A DNA stretch of 64,000 bases from Candidatus Latescibacterota bacterium (GTDB lineage: Bacteria > Latescibacterota > UBA2968 > UBA8231), in NCBI GenBank assembly GCA_965243025.1, contig CBDETY010000003.1, positions 416,001-480,000 of the forward strand, in the 5' to 3' direction. Shown piece by piece: positions 1 through 9,937 of this stretch (positions are counted from its first letter, which is position 1; the number at the start of each line of letters is the position of its first letter). The translations under genes and the position numbers were made by a program. The notes below the pieces were generated by a model, which was not told the DNA's origin, searched no databases, and saw only the letters and a program-made list of their open reading frames with translations.

Positions 1-1542
1 AGGGAGGTGGCGGTTCCCGCCTTCTTCATGGGGTTCGCCTTTCCCCTTGCCAACGCCGTCATCCAGCGCGCCGCCGGGTTCGTGGGCCGGTACGCCGGTC
101 TCCTCTACCTGGCAAACACCATCGGTGCGGTTCTGGGATCCCTGGGCACGGGATTTTTCCTCCTGCCGGCATTCGGAATGCAGGAGAGTGTGACCTTGTT
201 GGTCGGCGCCGCCGGGTTGGCGGTCGTCCCCCTGTACCTGGCCGCCCGCCCTGCAAGCCCGTGGAGCCGCCGGACGCGCCCGGCAACGGTTGCATTCGTC
301 GCCGCGGCCGTCCTGTTGGGCGGGGCCCTGACCCTGTGGACGGGTCTGCCGCCGGATCACCTGATCGCCAGGAGCCTCAAGCCGATGTCTCCGGGCGAGA
401 AACGGCTCGCAGTCAGCGAGGGCATCACCGAAACGATCGCCGTCACCGAGCACCCGAGCGAGGGGCGGCGCCTGCTGACGAACGGATACTTCATGTCGGC
501 GACCAGCTGGAAGGGACAGCGCTACATGCGGGCGTTCGCCCACGTCCCGCTCCTGTCGCACGAGGCCCCGGAAAGGGTGCTCGTGATCGCTTTCGGCGTG
601 GGCAACACGGCGCACGCCGCGGCCCTGCACGAATCGGTCCGCCGCCTGGAAGTTGCCGAGCTCTCCGAGCATATCCTCGACCATGCCGGCTATTTCTCCG
701 CCACCAACGGGAACGTGCTGGAGAACCCGAAAGTCTCCGTCTTCGTCAACGACGGACGCCATCACCTGCGCATGCAGCCGCCGGCGGCCTACGACCTGGT
801 AACCCTGGAGCCGCCGCCGATAGCTCACGCCGGGGTGGCCTCCCTCTACTCGCGCGAGTTCTTCGAAACAGTGCGATCCCGCCTGAAGCCGGGGGGCTAT
901 TTCACCCTGTGGCTGCCGGCCTACCAGGTCCCGGGGGAAACGGTGTTGTCGATGGTGCGGACCTTCGTCGAGGTCTTTCCGAACTCCGTGCTGCTCTCCG
1001 GGGTGTACTCCGAGCTGATCCTGATGGGAGTCCGGGATGCGCCGGTGGAAATCGATCCGGTGCTCGTTCAGGCCAGGCTCGAGGCGATGCCTGGAGTCCG
1101 CGACGATCTGGCCGCCGTCCACCTCGGCAGCTTGACGGAGATCGTCGGGACCTTCGCCGCCCCGGGCGAAACACTCCTTCGAGAGAGCAGGCTGTCACCC
1201 CCGGTAACCGACGATCGCCCCATTCCCGACTACGCCAGGAAATCACAGTTGCGGGACCATCGCATACCGCCCCGGATCTTCGCCGTCAGGGAGGTCGACA
1301 CCTGGTGCCCGGGTTGTTTCACAGACGGCCGGCCGCTCCCGGAGCTGGAGCATTTCGAGACCTACCTGAGCATCCTCGAGCGTCTCTACCAGTCGTCCCG
1401 GTTCCTCAACTCCAGCACTGTAAAGGGCCCAGGTCGAAAAAGAGCCCGCATCCCGATTCCTCCCGATGCTGGGATCGCGGCAGCCGTCGCAGAGCACCGG
1501 TACCTCGGCTACGTTATGGAGGGTTTTTTCGAATCGAGATGA
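1..1542 (+). CDS. Membrane-fused spermidine synthase-like (SAM-dependent) protein, 5' end outside window
   Basis: Hydrophobic 'LYLANTIGAVLGS' helices, then aminopropyltransferase-like motifs (VLVIAFGVGNTA, NDGRHHL, YDLVTLEPPP, LYSREFF). Confidence 0.8.
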   Translation, partial: REVAVPAFFMGFAFPLANAVIQRAAGFVGRYAGLLYLANTIGAVLGSLGTGFFLLPAFGMQESVTLLVGAAGLAVVPLYLAARPASPWSRRTRPATVAFVAAAVLLGGALTLWTGLPPDHLIARSLKPMSPGEKRLAVSEGITETIAVTEHPSEGRRLLTNGYFMSATSWKGQRYMRAFAHVPLLSHEAPERVLVIAFGVGNTAHAAALHESVRRLEVAELSEHILDHAGYFSATNGNVLENPKVSVFVNDGRHHLRMQPPAAYDLVTLEPPPIAHAGVASLYSREFFETVRSRLKPGGYFTLWLPAYQVPGETVLSMVRTFVEVFPNSVLLSGVYSELILMGVRDAPVEIDPVLVQARLEAMPGVRDDLAAVHLGSLTEIVGTFAAPGETLLRESRLSPPVTDDRPIPDYARKSQLRDHRIPPRIFAVREVDTWCPGCFTDGRPLPELEHFETYLSILERLYQSSRFLNSSTVKGPGRKRARIPIPPDAGIAAAVAEHRYLGYVMEGFFESR

Positions 1543-1620
1543 AGCCGATCCGGCTCCGGCACGGGGTCGCACCTCGTCCGGGCGGCTTCGTCATGCGGAA
1601 GTGAACCGACAAGGAGCATT

Positions 1621-2244
1621 GTGATGATCCACGAGATACGCACCTACGATCTCAGAACGCATGCACTGCAGGAATACTGGAAGCGCTTCGGCGAGAAACT
1701 CCCCCGCCGCCAGGAGTTCTCCAGGCTCGGCGGCCATTGGTACACCGAGGTGGGTCGGCTCAATCAGATGGTTGCCGTCTGGCCCTACGAGGACCTGGAG
1801 CAGAGGGCGGAGATCCGCGAGCGGGCCGAGGCCGGTCCTGACCAGGCCTGGCCTCCCGATTCGGGCGAACTGATCGTGGACATGGTCTCCCGGATCTACC
1901 GTCCGGCGCCGTTCATGACGCCTCTCGGCGAACGTCGAATCGGTCCCCTGTACGAGATGCGGCTGTATACCTTCCCGGTAGAGGCCATTCCCGGGGTGCT
2001 GGAAGCCTGGGGAGAACAGATCGAGGAGCGCGAGAAGCTCTCCCCCCTGGCCGGCTGCTGGTATACCGACAGCGGCGGACTCGACAACTTCGTCCACCTG
2101 TGGGCTTACGGGAGCTTCGAGGAACGCCAGCGCGTGCGCGAGCAGGCCCGGCAGCAGGGCAACTGGCCTCCGCGGACCCCGGTCAAACCGGCGAGGCAGG
2201 AGAACAAGATCCTCTATCCCGCCCCGTTTTCCCCGATGCAATAG
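1621..2244 (+). CDS. Tandem NIPSNAP-domain protein
   Basis: Two repeats of 'E.R.Y...G.W.T..G.l....hlW.Y...eeR...R'; SD AAGGAG upstream. Confidence 0.85.
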   Translation: MMIHEIRTYDLRTHALQEYWKRFGEKLPRRQEFSRLGGHWYTEVGRLNQMVAVWPYEDLEQRAEIRERAEAGPDQAWPPDSGELIVDMVSRIYRPAPFMTPLGERRIGPLYEMRLYTFPVEAIPGVLEAWGEQIEEREKLSPLAGCWYTDSGGLDNFVHLWAYGSFEERQRVREQARQQGNWPPRTPVKPARQENKILYPAPFSPMQ

Positions 2245-2253
2245 GAGACCGGC

Positions 2254-3309
2254 ATGTTTCGCGTCGGCATCATCGGCTGCGGCCGCATGGCCAACACCAT
2301 CGAAGACGAGCAGATAGCGAGGAGGAGAGAGCGTCCGAACCGGAGCGGGCTGGAACTGCCTTATTCGCATGCCGCCGGCTACGCGGCAGTGGAGGAGACG
2401 CAGGTCGTCGCCGCGTGCGATATCGATGCTGCGCGCCTGCGGGCTTTCGTCGATCGCTGGAACGTCAGGGCCTACGGGGATTTCCGCGAGATGATAGAGC
2501 GGGAGAATCTCGATATAGTGAGCGTTGCCACCCGCCCGGAGCAGCATGCCGAACAGCTGATTTTCGCGGCCGAACACGGCGTTGCGGGGGTGTACGCGGA
2601 AAAGCCCCTCTGCATGACCTTGACCGAAACCGACGCGATAAGAGAAGCCTTCGAGCGCAACGGCGCGCACCTGGAGTACGGCTGCATCTACCGCCACTGG
2701 GCGGCGTACGAACAGGCGCGGACCATCGCCGAAAGCGGCGACCTGGGGGAGGTCCGGGCGGTGCTGGGGTTCGAGGGAAAGGCGCTCGAGGGGCACTTCA
2801 TCGACCTGCTCCTGTACCTGCTCGGCGACCCGGAGCCGGTGTCCGTCCAGGGGAGGATTTCCCAGCTCAACCCGGCCGAGGACGACACCGCGGGCATGAA
2901 ATTCATCAACGACACACCCCTGCTTTCGGCGCTGATCGAGTTCGACAATGGGACTTTCGCGCACGTGGCGCGGACCGGAATCGGCCGGGAGATCGAACTG
3001 GTCTGCAGCGAAGGGAGCATCCGCGTCGTCAACGAGGGGGAAGCGATTCAGTTGAGGCGCCGGGATTCCGTGTCCGATGCGCTCGATGCCGTGCCTGTCG
3101 AGCAGGCGCAGCCCCGCAGCGGCACCGTGCACATCATTCGCGACCTGGTCGAGGCCCTCGAGACCGGCAAGCCGGGGCGCAGGAGCAACCTGCGGGTGGC
3201 GATGATCAGTCAGGAGATCGGCTTCGGGCTGTACGAATCCCATTTGCGGGGGGGAACCGGGGTGATGCCTCCCGTGCCCAATCGAGACCGCTGGGTCTGG
3301 AGCTGGTAG
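2254..3309 (+). CDS. Gfo/Idh/MocA family oxidoreductase
   Basis: GIIGCGRMA Rossmann motif, DIVSVAT, AEKPL. Confidence 0.88.
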   Translation: MFRVGIIGCGRMANTIEDEQIARRRERPNRSGLELPYSHAAGYAAVEETQVVAACDIDAARLRAFVDRWNVRAYGDFREMIERENLDIVSVATRPEQHAEQLIFAAEHGVAGVYAEKPLCMTLTETDAIREAFERNGAHLEYGCIYRHWAAYEQARTIAESGDLGEVRAVLGFEGKALEGHFIDLLLYLLGDPEPVSVQGRISQLNPAEDDTAGMKFINDTPLLSALIEFDNGTFAHVARTGIGREIELVCSEGSIRVVNEGEAIQLRRRDSVSDALDAVPVEQAQPRSGTVHIIRDLVEALETGKPGRRSNLRVAMISQEIGFGLYESHLRGGTGVMPPVPNRDRWVWSW

Positions 3310-3402
3310 GCTGTCGGCCATCCCTGGCCGGGGAGGCGGACACCGAAAAGAGACCGCTGCCAACCGTAAACCGGCGGAGACCGCCGGGAAAGGGACCAAG
3401 GA

Positions 3403-4527
3403 ATGAAGATTACCGAGGTGAAGACTTATACTGCGGGGCAGGAGGGCAGGGGAGCTTTCCTGTTCTGCCGGGTGTTCACCGACGCGGGAATCCACGGCGT
3501 CGGAGAGGCGGCCGGCTGGCCGAGCGTCGAAGCGGAGATCCAACTCAAGGCCGCCGCGGTGATCGGGGAGGACCCGTTCGCCATCGAGCGCCTTTGGAGC
3601 CGCATGTTCCTGCAGACCCACGGGATGACCGGGGTCACCGGGGCCGCGGCGATGTCGGCGATCGAGATGGCCCTGTGGGACATCAAGGGGAAGGCCCTCG
3701 ACACCCCGGTCTGGAACCTGCTGGGAGGGAAGATGCACGACCGGCTGCGGGTGTACACCCACTGCGACGATGCCGAAAAGGCGCGCGAGCTCGTCGACCA
3801 GGGGTACACCGGCCTCAAGATGGGGAACATCGAGAACTGCCTGCGCCAGGTCGCCGAGATCCGCGCCGCGGTCGGGGACGAGATCGACCTGATGGTCGAC
3901 CTGCACGGCATGCCCTGGATGACCACGCGCGACGCGATCTCGATGGGGCGCGCCCTCGAGGAGTACGGCCTCTTCTTCTACGAGGAGCCGGTCGCCCCCG
4001 AGAACGTCGAGGCCATGGCGCGGGTGTCCGAGGCGATCGACATTCCGCTCGCCGCCGGCGAAAGGCTCGCCTACATCTACGGCGCGCGCGAGCTGATCGA
4101 GCGCGAGATCGTCGACGTCATCCAGCCGGACGCCGGCCGTTTCGGGGGGCTGGCGCAGATGAAGAAGGTCGCCGGCATGGCGGAGGCCCACTACATTCAG
4201 GTCGCCCCTCACGACGGCTCGCTCGGGCCCGTGGGGGAGATCGCTTCCCTCCATCTTTGCGCGGCCATTCCCAACTTCCTGATATGGGAGCACCGCACCG
4301 GCGACATCCCGGCGCGCTACGAGGTGATGGCGCCGCAACCGCAGGTGGTCGACGGCCACATGAGGCCCCCGGACGGACCGGGGCTCGGCGTCGACCTCGT
4401 CGACGAAGCGATCGAGAGGTACCCGGGTTCCCCCGGGTCGGGCGGGTATTTCCGGGATTCCCGCTACGACTACCAGTACGTCCACGCCAGGAGATCGCGG
4501 GCCAGATGGCTGCGGGGACCCGAATGA
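3403..4527 (+). CDS. Mandelate racemase/muconate lactonizing enzyme family (galactonate dehydratase-like)
   Basis: SAIEMALWDIKGK, LMVDLHG, YEEP, AAGER, IQPD, GPGLGV. Confidence 0.9.
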   Translation: MKITEVKTYTAGQEGRGAFLFCRVFTDAGIHGVGEAAGWPSVEAEIQLKAAAVIGEDPFAIERLWSRMFLQTHGMTGVTGAAAMSAIEMALWDIKGKALDTPVWNLLGGKMHDRLRVYTHCDDAEKARELVDQGYTGLKMGNIENCLRQVAEIRAAVGDEIDLMVDLHGMPWMTTRDAISMGRALEEYGLFFYEEPVAPENVEAMARVSEAIDIPLAAGERLAYIYGARELIEREIVDVIQPDAGRFGGLAQMKKVAGMAEAHYIQVAPHDGSLGPVGEIASLHLCAAIPNFLIWEHRTGDIPARYEVMAPQPQVVDGHMRPPDGPGLGVDLVDEAIERYPGSPGSGGYFRDSRYDYQYVHARRSRARWLRGPE

Positions 4528-5159
4528 AGCTGACAGCGCGGCGGCTCGTTCTCGCCCTCCTTTCCTTCGCGGCCTTCTCATGCGGGGACGGGGGGCATGC
4601 GGGCCGCGAGCTGCAGCAGAAAGCGGATGACCCCGCTGTTCCGGTGCTGGGCACAGTTCCCGATTTCGCGCTCACCGACCAGACCGCTTCCCCCTTCGGC
4701 AGCGCCCAGCTCGACTCCGGCCTCTGGGTCGCCAACTTCATCTTCACCCGCTGCGCCGCGACCTGCCCGGTGCAGACCGCGACGATGGCCCGGCTGCAGG
4801 AACGGCTGCGGGCGAAACAGCTGCTGCCGGAAATCACCCTCGTCAGTTTCAGCGTCGATCCCGGGTTCGACACCCCGGAGGTGCTGCGCCAGTACGGGAA
4901 TGAGTACGGCGCCGACCCGGACAGGTGGCGGTTCCTCACCGGGGGACGCGAGGAGATCTGGGACCTCAGCAAGGGCGGCTTCAAGCTGGGGGTCGGCGAG
5001 TCTCCCCCCGAGTCGCAGGCGCAGCCGCTGTTCCACAGCCCGCGGATGGTCCTGGTCGACCGCCAGCGCCGCATCCGCGGTTACTACGACGGGGTAAGCG
5101 CCGGGGGACTCGATGAGATCGAGGGGGCCATCGACGCCGTGGCCGGGGAAACCCCTTGA
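4524..5159 (+). CDS. SCO1/SenC family copper chaperone (probable lipoprotein)
   Basis: ATGA overlap with upstream gene; lipobox-like AAFSC; FIFTRCAATCP (CxxxC), SVDPGFDTPEVL, HS..MVLVD. Confidence 0.88.
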   Translation: MKLTARRLVLALLSFAAFSCGDGGHAGRELQQKADDPAVPVLGTVPDFALTDQTASPFGSAQLDSGLWVANFIFTRCAATCPVQTATMARLQERLRAKQLLPEITLVSFSVDPGFDTPEVLRQYGNEYGADPDRWRFLTGGREEIWDLSKGGFKLGVGESPPESQAQPLFHSPRMVLVDRQRRIRGYYDGVSAGGLDEIEGAIDAVAGETP

Positions 5160-5340
5160 GGATGCGGTCCGGCGGGCAGGGACCTCTTCCAGATTCCCGG
5201 TTCCTCACCGCCGCCTCGGTTCATAAGGGGCCAGGTGCCCGATTTGGGAATTATATACATACCTATGCAAGGGTTTTTAATAATCTTCCCCCGATTTATC
5301 CCTCAGGGTGAAGTAGATTTACTGAGGTCGGGCGGGCGAC

Positions 5341-5561
5341 GCGACGAGAGGCAACTGAGCCTGGTCGTCGACCGCGGCCGGGGCTTCGAGCCCTCTCCGG
5401 ATGAAGCCCGGCAAGGCTTGGGTTTCTGCCTGTTCAGCATCGGGGAGTGCCTGAGTCAGTCAGGCGGCTCCTTCGAAATCGAATCGGAGCCGGAACAGGG
5501 GACGCGTTGCGTGCTGGCGGTCCCTTCCTCATCTCTGGAGCCAAAGGAAAACTCCCGATGA
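5341..5561 (+). pseudogene. C-terminal (HATPase) remnant of the PAS histidine kinase
   Basis: RRDERQLSL...SSSLEPKENSR closely matches the 3' end of the kinase at 49286-50380; PAS and HisKA parts are missing. Confidence 0.85.
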
Positions 5562-6184
5562 CGACCCGGGTGATGCTGGTGGACGATCACGAACTGATGC
5601 GCGACGGCCTGCGAGCCCTGTTCCAGGACGACGAGTTCGAGGTAGTGGGCGAAGCCGGGGCCGCCCGCACCGCGGTGGAGCTGGCCGCGGCCTGCCGGCC
5701 GCACGTCGTAGTTATGGACGTTTCCCTGCCCGACCTGAGCGGAGTCGAAGCGACGCGTCAAGTCCTCGTCCGGGCTCCGGAGGTGAAGGTGGTGGCCCTG
5801 TCGGTGCACGCCGACCCGCAGTACGTCGCCGGCATGCTGGAGGCCGGAGCCTCGGGGTATGTGCTGAAAGAGGGGGCCGCGGTCGAGCTGCTGCACGCGG
5901 TGCGGGCGGCCCTGGCCGGGCACTCCTACCTGAGCCCGGAACTGGGTGCGGCGGTGTTCGACCAAGTGCAGGCTCTTGCCGGATATCCGGAGCTGAGAGA
6001 GCGGGAACGCGAGGTCCTGCGGCTCATCAGCGAGGGCCTGACGACCCGCCAAATTGCCGAACAGATGAACCTGAGCGAGCACACCGTCCATACGCATCGG
6101 CAGCACATCATGGACAAGCTCGACCGGCACAGCGTGGCCGCTTTGACCAAGTACGCGGTCACCACAGGGCTTACCACGCTGTAG
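5558..6184 (+). CDS. NarL/LuxR family response regulator
   Basis: LVDDH, VMDVSLP, GASGYVLK, C-terminal LuxR HTH; paralog of 50377-51006. Confidence 0.92.
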   Translation: MTTRVMLVDDHELMRDGLRALFQDDEFEVVGEAGAARTAVELAAACRPHVVVMDVSLPDLSGVEATRQVLVRAPEVKVVALSVHADPQYVAGMLEAGASGYVLKEGAAVELLHAVRAALAGHSYLSPELGAAVFDQVQALAGYPELREREREVLRLISEGLTTRQIAEQMNLSEHTVHTHRQHIMDKLDRHSVAALTKYAVTTGLTTL

Positions 6185-6319
6185 TCTCAAAAGCGGCAGT
6201 CTCCCCCGGGTCTGGGCCCTGATTCCGGACTTGGGGGTGGTGCCGGCTCTTCCGGGGACTTGGGATTGCAGGTGCTCTGACTGAGCACCCCTCTGGTGCG
6301 TTCCAGACGCGGACATTTA

Positions 6320-6359
6320 CGGGAGGAGGACTCTTCCCCTGAAAGGAGTCCTCCTCCCG
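6320..6359. promoter_or_regulatory. Strong GC-rich hairpin upstream of the first WGRIK-tail gene
   Basis: CGGGAGGAGGACTC ... GAGTCCTCCTCCCG 14-bp inverted repeat; function unknown. Confidence 0.5.
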
Positions 6360-6465
6360 CCCTTGCTTCTTGGAAGAGAAGACCATCTGGCCCGTTCAGG
6401 AATTCGGTAGGAGTAGAGGTATTATTTTTCCGGCTCAATTTCGGGCAGAACAAGAGGAAAAACAG

Positions 6466-7461
6466 ATGCCCCTTCTTCGCATCAGGAATCAGTTGAGCAT
6501 TTCCCTCGGCCTTCTCACCGGGTCCGCACTGTCGGCCGAAGCCCATGTCGGCAGTCTAGTCGTCCCGTTCGCCGAGGTGACCGACGAGATGCTGTCGGTG
6601 ATCCAGCTCGACGGCTCGGTGGACGAGTGGTCCGATCTGATCGGCGAACCTGCCATGACCCTGCTTGATTTCCAACCTGAAGGGAAGGAAGGAGGCTCAG
6701 TCGATCCGTCCGATATCGACTTCCAGATCTGGTTGGCCTGGCACGATGAGCCCGCTCGCCTCTATGTAGCCTTTGTTGCTGCCGATGACCGTTACTGGAA
6801 TACCCATACCTACGACGTGGATTGGATAACCTCTGATGATGACAACATGATGCGCACTTGGGAAGGTGGTAACGACGGTATTGTCCTTGGAGTCGACGGA
6901 GACCACAGCGGCGGTCCCGGGCTTGAAGGATCATTCCAGTTTGAAGAACTCCTCGAGAGTAGTGGGGAGACTCAGCTATATCATGCCATTTCCCGTACTT
7001 CCAGTGGACCGATCCTGGATGACCCGAGGTCCAGGCACCGGAGTAAGGTTTTCTCCTGGATGACCCTGCCGCCCTACGCGGAGGCCGGCGGCTTGGTCGC
7101 CGGAGAAACACCGGTCATCTTTTCAATCGAGCTGTACATCACGCCGTTCGACCACAGGGGTGAGGAATTGACCAGCCCCGAGGGAAGTGTGACAAGCGAT
7201 CTGAGGGCGGGAAAAATCATCGGCTTCGCTATTGGCGTATATGATGCGGACCTGCCTGCTGCCCAGGATGAAGATCCTCTTGCGAATTATGTGCCGGAAT
7301 CCCAGGTGGATCCCCATCGTCGAGTTTTCGAGGACATATATCGTTTTGCGGCCGATTACTTTATCGATGGGCTGCTGCTGCCGGCCAACCCGGCCGAACC
7401 GGTAGAAGACAGCGCCGTCCAGTCCGTTTCCTGGGGCCGCATCAAGGCATCGCTGTGGTAG
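6466..7461 (+). CDS. Secreted CBM9/DOMON-like protein with C-terminal SWGRIKASL tail (paralog 1)
   Basis: Signal peptide ending AEA|H; LDGSVDEW, IWLAWHD...LYVA, DGDHSGG, ELYITPFD, IIGFAIGVYDAD; tail SAVQSVSWGRIKASLW. Confidence 0.75.
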   Translation: MPLLRIRNQLSISLGLLTGSALSAEAHVGSLVVPFAEVTDEMLSVIQLDGSVDEWSDLIGEPAMTLLDFQPEGKEGGSVDPSDIDFQIWLAWHDEPARLYVAFVAADDRYWNTHTYDVDWITSDDDNMMRTWEGGNDGIVLGVDGDHSGGPGLEGSFQFEELLESSGETQLYHAISRTSSGPILDDPRSRHRSKVFSWMTLPPYAEAGGLVAGETPVIFSIELYITPFDHRGEELTSPEGSVTSDLRAGKIIGFAIGVYDADLPAAQDEDPLANYVPESQVDPHRRVFEDIYRFAADYFIDGLLLPANPAEPVEDSAVQSVSWGRIKASLW

Positions 7462-7547
7462 TGACCCTCTTCGTCCTTCTGCTCCTGCTCGCTCACGCCA
7501 ATGCGCACGATCTGGACGGGAGCCCCGGATTCGCGGCGGACGAATGA
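7455..7547 (+). pseudogene. Stub of TolB-like partner gene (signal peptide only)
   Basis: MVVTLFVLLLLLAHANAHDLDGS matches 43677-43746 at DNA level; homology stops at 7523. Confidence 0.75.
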
Positions 7548-7548
7548 C

Positions 7549-9870
7549 ATGACCGCGGAACCCCCCGCGACCACCGAATACTCCCCCGAGGCCCTGTGGA
7601 GCCTCCTCGACCCCGCAGAACCCGGACTCGAGGAGATGGCCGCGGCGATGGCGGCCGGCGACGGCGAGGCCGCCGAAAGGGGGTACCTGTCCTACCAGCG
7701 GCGGCGCGAGGCCCCCGTCCTTCCCTGGGTTCACAGCTCAGACGAGAGCCCGCAGGAGCGGCGGGCGGGGTTCGACTTCCTCACCGAAACGCCGCGGCAG
7801 CTGACCTGGAGGGACCGGGAGCGGGGCCGGGAGCTGGTCAGCCTGGAAAAGGGGTACACCTCCCACCGTCTGGAGGGGATCCGGCCTTCCCAGTACAACG
7901 TCGTCGAGCTGGCCGACATGCTGCTCGACAACAAGGTGATGCTGGTCTACCACCCGGAGGACGGGGTCCAGGACCTCGGGACGGAGTGGGACTGGGAGCA
8001 CATACCCCCCGGCGACGGGCAGGGCCGGAGATGGACCCTCAGCCTGCCCTACCAGTACTTCCTGTTCGTCCTCGGGCAGGCGTACTGGGCGACCGGGGAC
8101 GAGCGCTACATCGCCAAGCTGGTCTGGATCTTCAACCGCTACTTCGACTACGTCGGCCGCCGCAGCGACTGGATCTGGCTTCCCGACATGCAGCTTGCCC
8201 GCTGCTACCAGCAGCTGATCCCCTTCATCCTCTCCTGGGAGGGGCTGCCGCCCCGGGACCTGTGCCGGCTGCGCCACTGGCTGGCGACGACCTGCGCGGA
8301 GTCGATGGAGAGGGTCCGCTCGGCCCCGGGCAACCAGCTGCTCTTCAACGGGCTGGGCATCCTCTGGCTCGGCGTCGGCATGCCGGAATTCCGCCGCGCC
8401 CGGCACTGGCGCGCCCTCGGGTGGGAGCAGATCCGCGGCTACTTCGGAGAAGGGGCATTCTACCCGGACGGGACCTCGAAGGAGAACTCCTTCGGCTACA
8501 TCATCGGCGCCTCGGCGTCGGCGATCGAGGCGGTCGACCTGGCCCGGAACAACGGCTGGCCCTGCCCCGGGGAGGTCGAGGAGGCGATGGTGAAGCGGGC
8601 GGAGTTCCTCGCCGACTGCGTCAAGCCGGACGGCACCTGCACGTGGACCGGGGACAGCCGGCGGCGCTCCCCGCGCGACTACGTCAGCCGCATCGCCGGC
8701 CCGCGGGGCCGCGGCGACCTCGAGCACGCGGTCAGCTGCGGCGAGCGCGGCACTCCGCCGGACCACACCTCCTCCTGGTACGCCTGGCAGGGGCTGGGGG
8801 TGATGCGGAGCGGCTGGGGGAAGCAGGCCAACTACCTGATGTTCGACGTCGGCCCCCTCGGAGAGGTGCACGCCCACGAGGGCAAGCTCGCGGTCGAGGT
8901 GGCCGCGTACGGGCGCTCCCTGATCGAGGATCTCGGCATCCACAGTTATTCACGAGAGGCCGCCGAACTTCCCTACTACGACCTGTTCGGCAACACCCCC
9001 GGCCACAACACTGTGATCGTCGACGGCGCCAGCCAGATGCGGCTGATCACCGGCCCCAAGACGGTGCAGGAGCCTCTCGCCAATACCTGGGTCAGCACCG
9101 GGGTCTGCGACTATCTCGAGGGGGAGTACGACCACGGGTGGGGGGAGGGCCAGTTCGGGGAGCCGATGTCGTCGGTTTACGAGCCGGAGAAGTACGAGGG
9201 CGCGATCGACACCTCGATCGCCCACCATCGCAGCGTCGTCTATGTGAAGGGGAAGGAGCAGGGGGACTGCGAGTATTGGGTGATCACCGACCGTCTGACC
9301 GGCAGCGGGCAACACACGTACGAACAGCTGTTCCACCTCGTCCCGGGGCCGGTGGCCGCGGACCCGGCCACCGGTGCGGTACTCACCGCCGGCGAAGGGT
9401 TGGCGAACATCGCCATTCTCCCGGCGGCGGCGGACGGCGTCGAGATGGAGGTCGTCGAGGGCCGCACCGAGCCGGCGATGCAGGGCTGGTACTGCGGCGA
9501 CCGGCCGCGGCCGGTGCCGGCCCCCTGCGTCGTCTACCGGCAGCGCGGCGCGCCCCCGGTCTGCTTCCAGACGGTCCTGTGGCCGCAGCGCCCCGGGGAA
9601 ACCCGCCTGCCGGCGGTGTCGACCGCAGGGGAGCCCGGCAGCGGCTGGCTGCGGGTGCGCTTGCCGGACGGGGCCGGGGAAGATTTCTGCTGTTCGGCGG
9701 CCTTCGAGGGAACCCACGAGCTCGGAGATCTCTCCTTCGACGGCATCGCCGCGGTGGTGCGCTTCGATCGCCAGGGGATTCCCGCCGCCCGGGAGGTTAT
9801 CGGTGACGGCCCGCTGCGCGGGCGGGGTCAGGGACTTGCAGGGGGGCCAGGGAAGGGTGAGCAGGAGTGA
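7549..9870 (+). CDS. Heparinase II/III family protein (polysaccharide lyase-like)
   Basis: AYWATGDERY, YPDGTSKE.S..Y, MRSGW, HAHEGKL, HNTVIVDG. Confidence 0.85.
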   Translation: MTAEPPATTEYSPEALWSLLDPAEPGLEEMAAAMAAGDGEAAERGYLSYQRRREAPVLPWVHSSDESPQERRAGFDFLTETPRQLTWRDRERGRELVSLEKGYTSHRLEGIRPSQYNVVELADMLLDNKVMLVYHPEDGVQDLGTEWDWEHIPPGDGQGRRWTLSLPYQYFLFVLGQAYWATGDERYIAKLVWIFNRYFDYVGRRSDWIWLPDMQLARCYQQLIPFILSWEGLPPRDLCRLRHWLATTCAESMERVRSAPGNQLLFNGLGILWLGVGMPEFRRARHWRALGWEQIRGYFGEGAFYPDGTSKENSFGYIIGASASAIEAVDLARNNGWPCPGEVEEAMVKRAEFLADCVKPDGTCTWTGDSRRRSPRDYVSRIAGPRGRGDLEHAVSCGERGTPPDHTSSWYAWQGLGVMRSGWGKQANYLMFDVGPLGEVHAHEGKLAVEVAAYGRSLIEDLGIHSYSREAAELPYYDLFGNTPGHNTVIVDGASQMRLITGPKTVQEPLANTWVSTGVCDYLEGEYDHGWGEGQFGEPMSSVYEPEKYEGAIDTSIAHHRSVVYVKGKEQGDCEYWVITDRLTGSGQHTYEQLFHLVPGPVAADPATGAVLTAGEGLANIAILPAAADGVEMEVVEGRTEPAMQGWYCGDRPRPVPAPCVVYRQRGAPPVCFQTVLWPQRPGETRLPAVSTAGEPGSGWLRVRLPDGAGEDFCCSAAFEGTHELGDLSFDGIAAVVRFDRQGIPAAREVIGDGPLRGRGQGLAGGPGKGEQE

Positions 9871-9937
9871 GCAAAGGACTCGATTCCTGCTCTTTGCGGT
9901 CCAATGCCAGCGAGCCAATCAAAGCGGCCCGAAATCC

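Noticed and set aside
1591-4581. Long antisense or alternate-frame ORFs (e.g. 1591-4581, 2100-4523, 56696-59419, 58909-62100)
   Set aside because: Shadow ORFs typical of high-GC DNA, overlapping well-supported genes and lacking recognisable motifs.
5236-5310. CCCGATTTGGGA-like partial dyads (also about 48646) as further operator boxes
   Set aside because: Too degenerate, not arrayed, and lacking the 20-bp spacing to TGCGATCTT.
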